Origin: Bacteroidota bacterium
Lineage (GTDB): Bacteria; Bacteroidota; Bacteroidia; Bacteroidales; JACABE01
Reading direction: 5' to 3'
Assembly: GCA_013377005.1 (NCBI GenBank)
Contig: JACABE010000017.1
Span: forward strand, 9,096-73,095
DNA: 64,000 nt
Made by a program: the position numbers and the translations under genes. The notes under the pieces are model-generated. The model was not told where the DNA came from, made no database searches, and saw only the letters and a program-made list of their open reading frames with translations. Shown piece by piece: positions 62,271 to 64,000 of this stretch (its first letter is position 1; each line of letters opens with the position of its first letter).

Positions 62271-64000
62271 ATGAAAAAAATAATAATTATGCTTATTGCA
62301 ATCACATGTTTGCAATTAAAAGTATCGTATTCGCAAAAAGTTGTTGCAATAAATGCTGTGTATAATACAGACACTGTTATTAGCCTTAACAATATGCCAA
62401 ATATTTATTCATTAAATATCAATGGTCAGATTACTTTAAATAATAGTTTAAGTTTTGTTAGGGTAATAATGATAGATACATCCGGCGAAAAATATCTGAT
62501 TTATGAAGGTTCGAAAATGCTCAAGAATGCCTTGAATATTACGTTAAATAATCAGGCGGAAGAAACCTATTTTTTGAGTAAACGTAAACCTGTAGCCATT
62601 GAAGTTGATATTAAAAATGCACAGTTTACATTAAGCAATATTGCTATGGATACTATGGCTAACAACAACAAAAACACAAGCTACAATACTTATTTAAACA
62701 ACCTCTTTAGCCAGAAATTAGCCAATATTAATAACTATATTTCCGAAAATCAGTTGCAATGGATTGCCGGAGATAATCCAATTGCAAGATATACCTATTC
62801 TCAAAAATTAACGCTGTTTAATGGTACTATGCCCGATTTACAGGGCTTTGAATACTATAAAGGAGGCGTATTTGAGCGACTACCCAAATCAACGGCTACA
62901 GCCACCCAAAGCAATGTTGTTAAAAGTTTTGATTGGACAAATAGACATGGACAAGATTGGACAACGGTACCTAAAGATCAAAGCTCTTGTAACAGTTGTG
63001 CTCTTTTTGCATCTACTGGTGCAGTAGAGGCTTTGGTTAATCTTTATTATAATCATTCTGATATTGGTATTGATTTGTCAGAACAAAATCTTGCTTCTTG
63101 TGTGCCTGGTAGCTGTTCTTCTGGATGGCCAGCATCTTATGCTCTGGATTACTATACTAATACTGGTGTCGTAAAAGAAGCTTGTTTTTGGTATAACCCA
63201 TTTTTTGGATGGCAACCATGTTCAAACATTTGTAGTAATCCTAATGAACGCATAAAAATTGGCGGAAGAATTGATTTTTACACTGCATTATGCACAGAAC
63301 CAGAAGATGAGTTAAAAAAATTGCTTATAACACATGGTCCTATAAGTGCTGCGCTTGCGAGTTTGGTACATGCAATGACTTTAGTTGGTTTTAAAACTCG
63401 AATATCAGACAATAGTACAATATGGAAATTTAAAAATAGTTTTGGTACAATGTGGGGTGACGGAGGATTTGTAGAATATGCAGGTATTCTTATGAATGAC
63501 TTTTATTATACCTCTGCTCTCAAAACGCCTGTCCAAAGTTTACAATACACAGATAATGATATTGTTTGTGTTGATGCTGATGGTGATGGTTATTATAATT
63601 GGGGGATTGGTCCAAAGCCAGCTACTTGCCCACTTTGTCCCGACCAAGAAGATTGTGATGATTCCAAAGCATTTTTAGGCCCTTATGATGGACAATATAA
63701 TTGTACTTTTATATGCGATAATTTTGTTTATTCTAGTACGCCACTTGAAATAAATCAAAATGAAATATGGAATTATAATTATGATTGCAATCAAGATATT
63801 ATTGTAAAAACTGGATATACCTTAACCATTGAAAAAACATTAAATATGGCTGTTGGCACAAAAATCATTGTACAACCCGGTGCTAGATTAATAATTAATG
63901 GTGGCAAAATAACCAATCTTTGCGGTCAGATGTGGAAAGGTATCGAAGTATGGGGTACCCGCGATTCCGAGCAGGAAGATGCATTTTATTCTCCTAATCA
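62271..64000 (+). CDS. secreted C1 (papain-family) cysteine peptidase with N-terminal pro-region and Cys-rich/beta-helix-like C-terminal extension (3-prime end beyond window)
   Basis: Not in the ORF track (no stop in the window). ATG at 62271 and signal peptide MKKIIIMLIAITCLQLKVSYSQ. Catalytic contexts DQSSCNSCALFAS (Cys), HAMTLVGF (His) and KNSFGTMWGDGGF (Asn). Then VCVDADGDGYYNWG...CPLCPDQEDCDD. Confidence 0.8.
   Translation, partial: MKKIIIMLIAITCLQLKVSYSQKVVAINAVYNTDTVISLNNMPNIYSLNINGQITLNNSLSFVRVIMIDTSGEKYLIYEGSKMLKNALNITLNNQAEETYFLSKRKPVAIEVDIKNAQFTLSNIAMDTMANNNKNTSYNTYLNNLFSQKLANINNYISENQLQWIAGDNPIARYTYSQKLTLFNGTMPDLQGFEYYKGGVFERLPKSTATATQSNVVKSFDWTNRHGQDWTTVPKDQSSCNSCALFASTGAVEALVNLYYNHSDIGIDLSEQNLASCVPGSCSSGWPASYALDYYTNTGVVKEACFWYNPFFGWQPCSNICSNPNERIKIGGRIDFYTALCTEPEDELKKLLITHGPISAALASLVHAMTLVGFKTRISDNSTIWKFKNSFGTMWGDGGFVEYAGILMNDFYYTSALKTPVQSLQYTDNDIVCVDADGDGYYNWGIGPKPATCPLCPDQEDCDDSKAFLGPYDGQYNCTFICDNFVYSSTPLEINQNEIWNYNYDCNQDIIVKTGYTLTIEKTLNMAVGTKIIVQPGARLIINGGKITNLCGQMWKGIEVWGTRDSEQEDAFYSPN

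Larger units (their letters stand above)
49798..64000. mobile_element. integrated mobilizable genomic island (left end at the tRNA-Leu fragment; right end not identified, may lie beyond the window)
   Basis: Displaced tRNA 3-prime fragment at the left edge, then Fic, T4CP, RHH accessory protein, relaxase and ArdC. No integrase or mating-pore genes within the window. Confidence 0.55.

Overview
AT-rich Bacteroidota-type chromosomal segment. Lineage evidence: gldD-gldE-ssb-mutY synteny, DUF4492-cydAB, TAnnTTTG -7 promoter boxes a few nt upstream of several start codons, and a T9SS-associated gene. Layout, left to right: (1) 1-6357, minus strand: a respiratory operon (Tat FeS protein, NrfD-like membrane protein, monoheme cytochrome c, SCO1, A2-type heme-copper oxidase subunits I/III/IV) with no recognisable CuA subunit II. 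(2) 6916-9710: lysS, a GxxExxY cassette flanked by inverted CGCAGAG-type repeats, and a PagL-like lipid A deacylase. (3) 9877-25000: a self-contained accessory glycan locus. It has a CDP-3,6-dideoxyhexose core (rfbF/G/H plus a truncated E3-like reductase), two methyltransferases, an SDR, a HAD phosphatase, a NeuB-like synthase and a YerE-like ThDP enzyme. A GtrB-like/GtrA/GT-C-TPR delivery module follows. (4) 25-48 kb: housekeeping genes (queD, cydAB, mltF-like, mtnA plus class II aldolase, gldD/E, ssb, mutY, HU, an untracked 29-aa bS22-like ORF, RNase G, M20 peptidase, MsbA-like ABC, rbfA, FtsX-like permease). (5) 48222-49652: an ISAon1/ISL3-like two-ORF IS. (6) 49740-49797: a truncated tRNA-Leu(UAA) 3-prime fragment with its own terminator. 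It marks the edge of an integrated mobilizable island running to at least about 61.7 kb and possibly past the window end. The island carries an AbiEi-like::Fic fusion and a tightly packed 10-gene operon (five unknown proteins, T4CP, RHH accessory protein, relaxase, ArdC). It also carries a 163-nt rod-like hairpin, a conserved ~80-nt leader repeated before two secreted/outer-membrane protein genes, iteron-like repeats, and a partial C1 peptidase gene. No rRNA, intact tRNA or CRISPR array was seen. All protein calls rest on motif reading of the supplied translations; no database search was possible.
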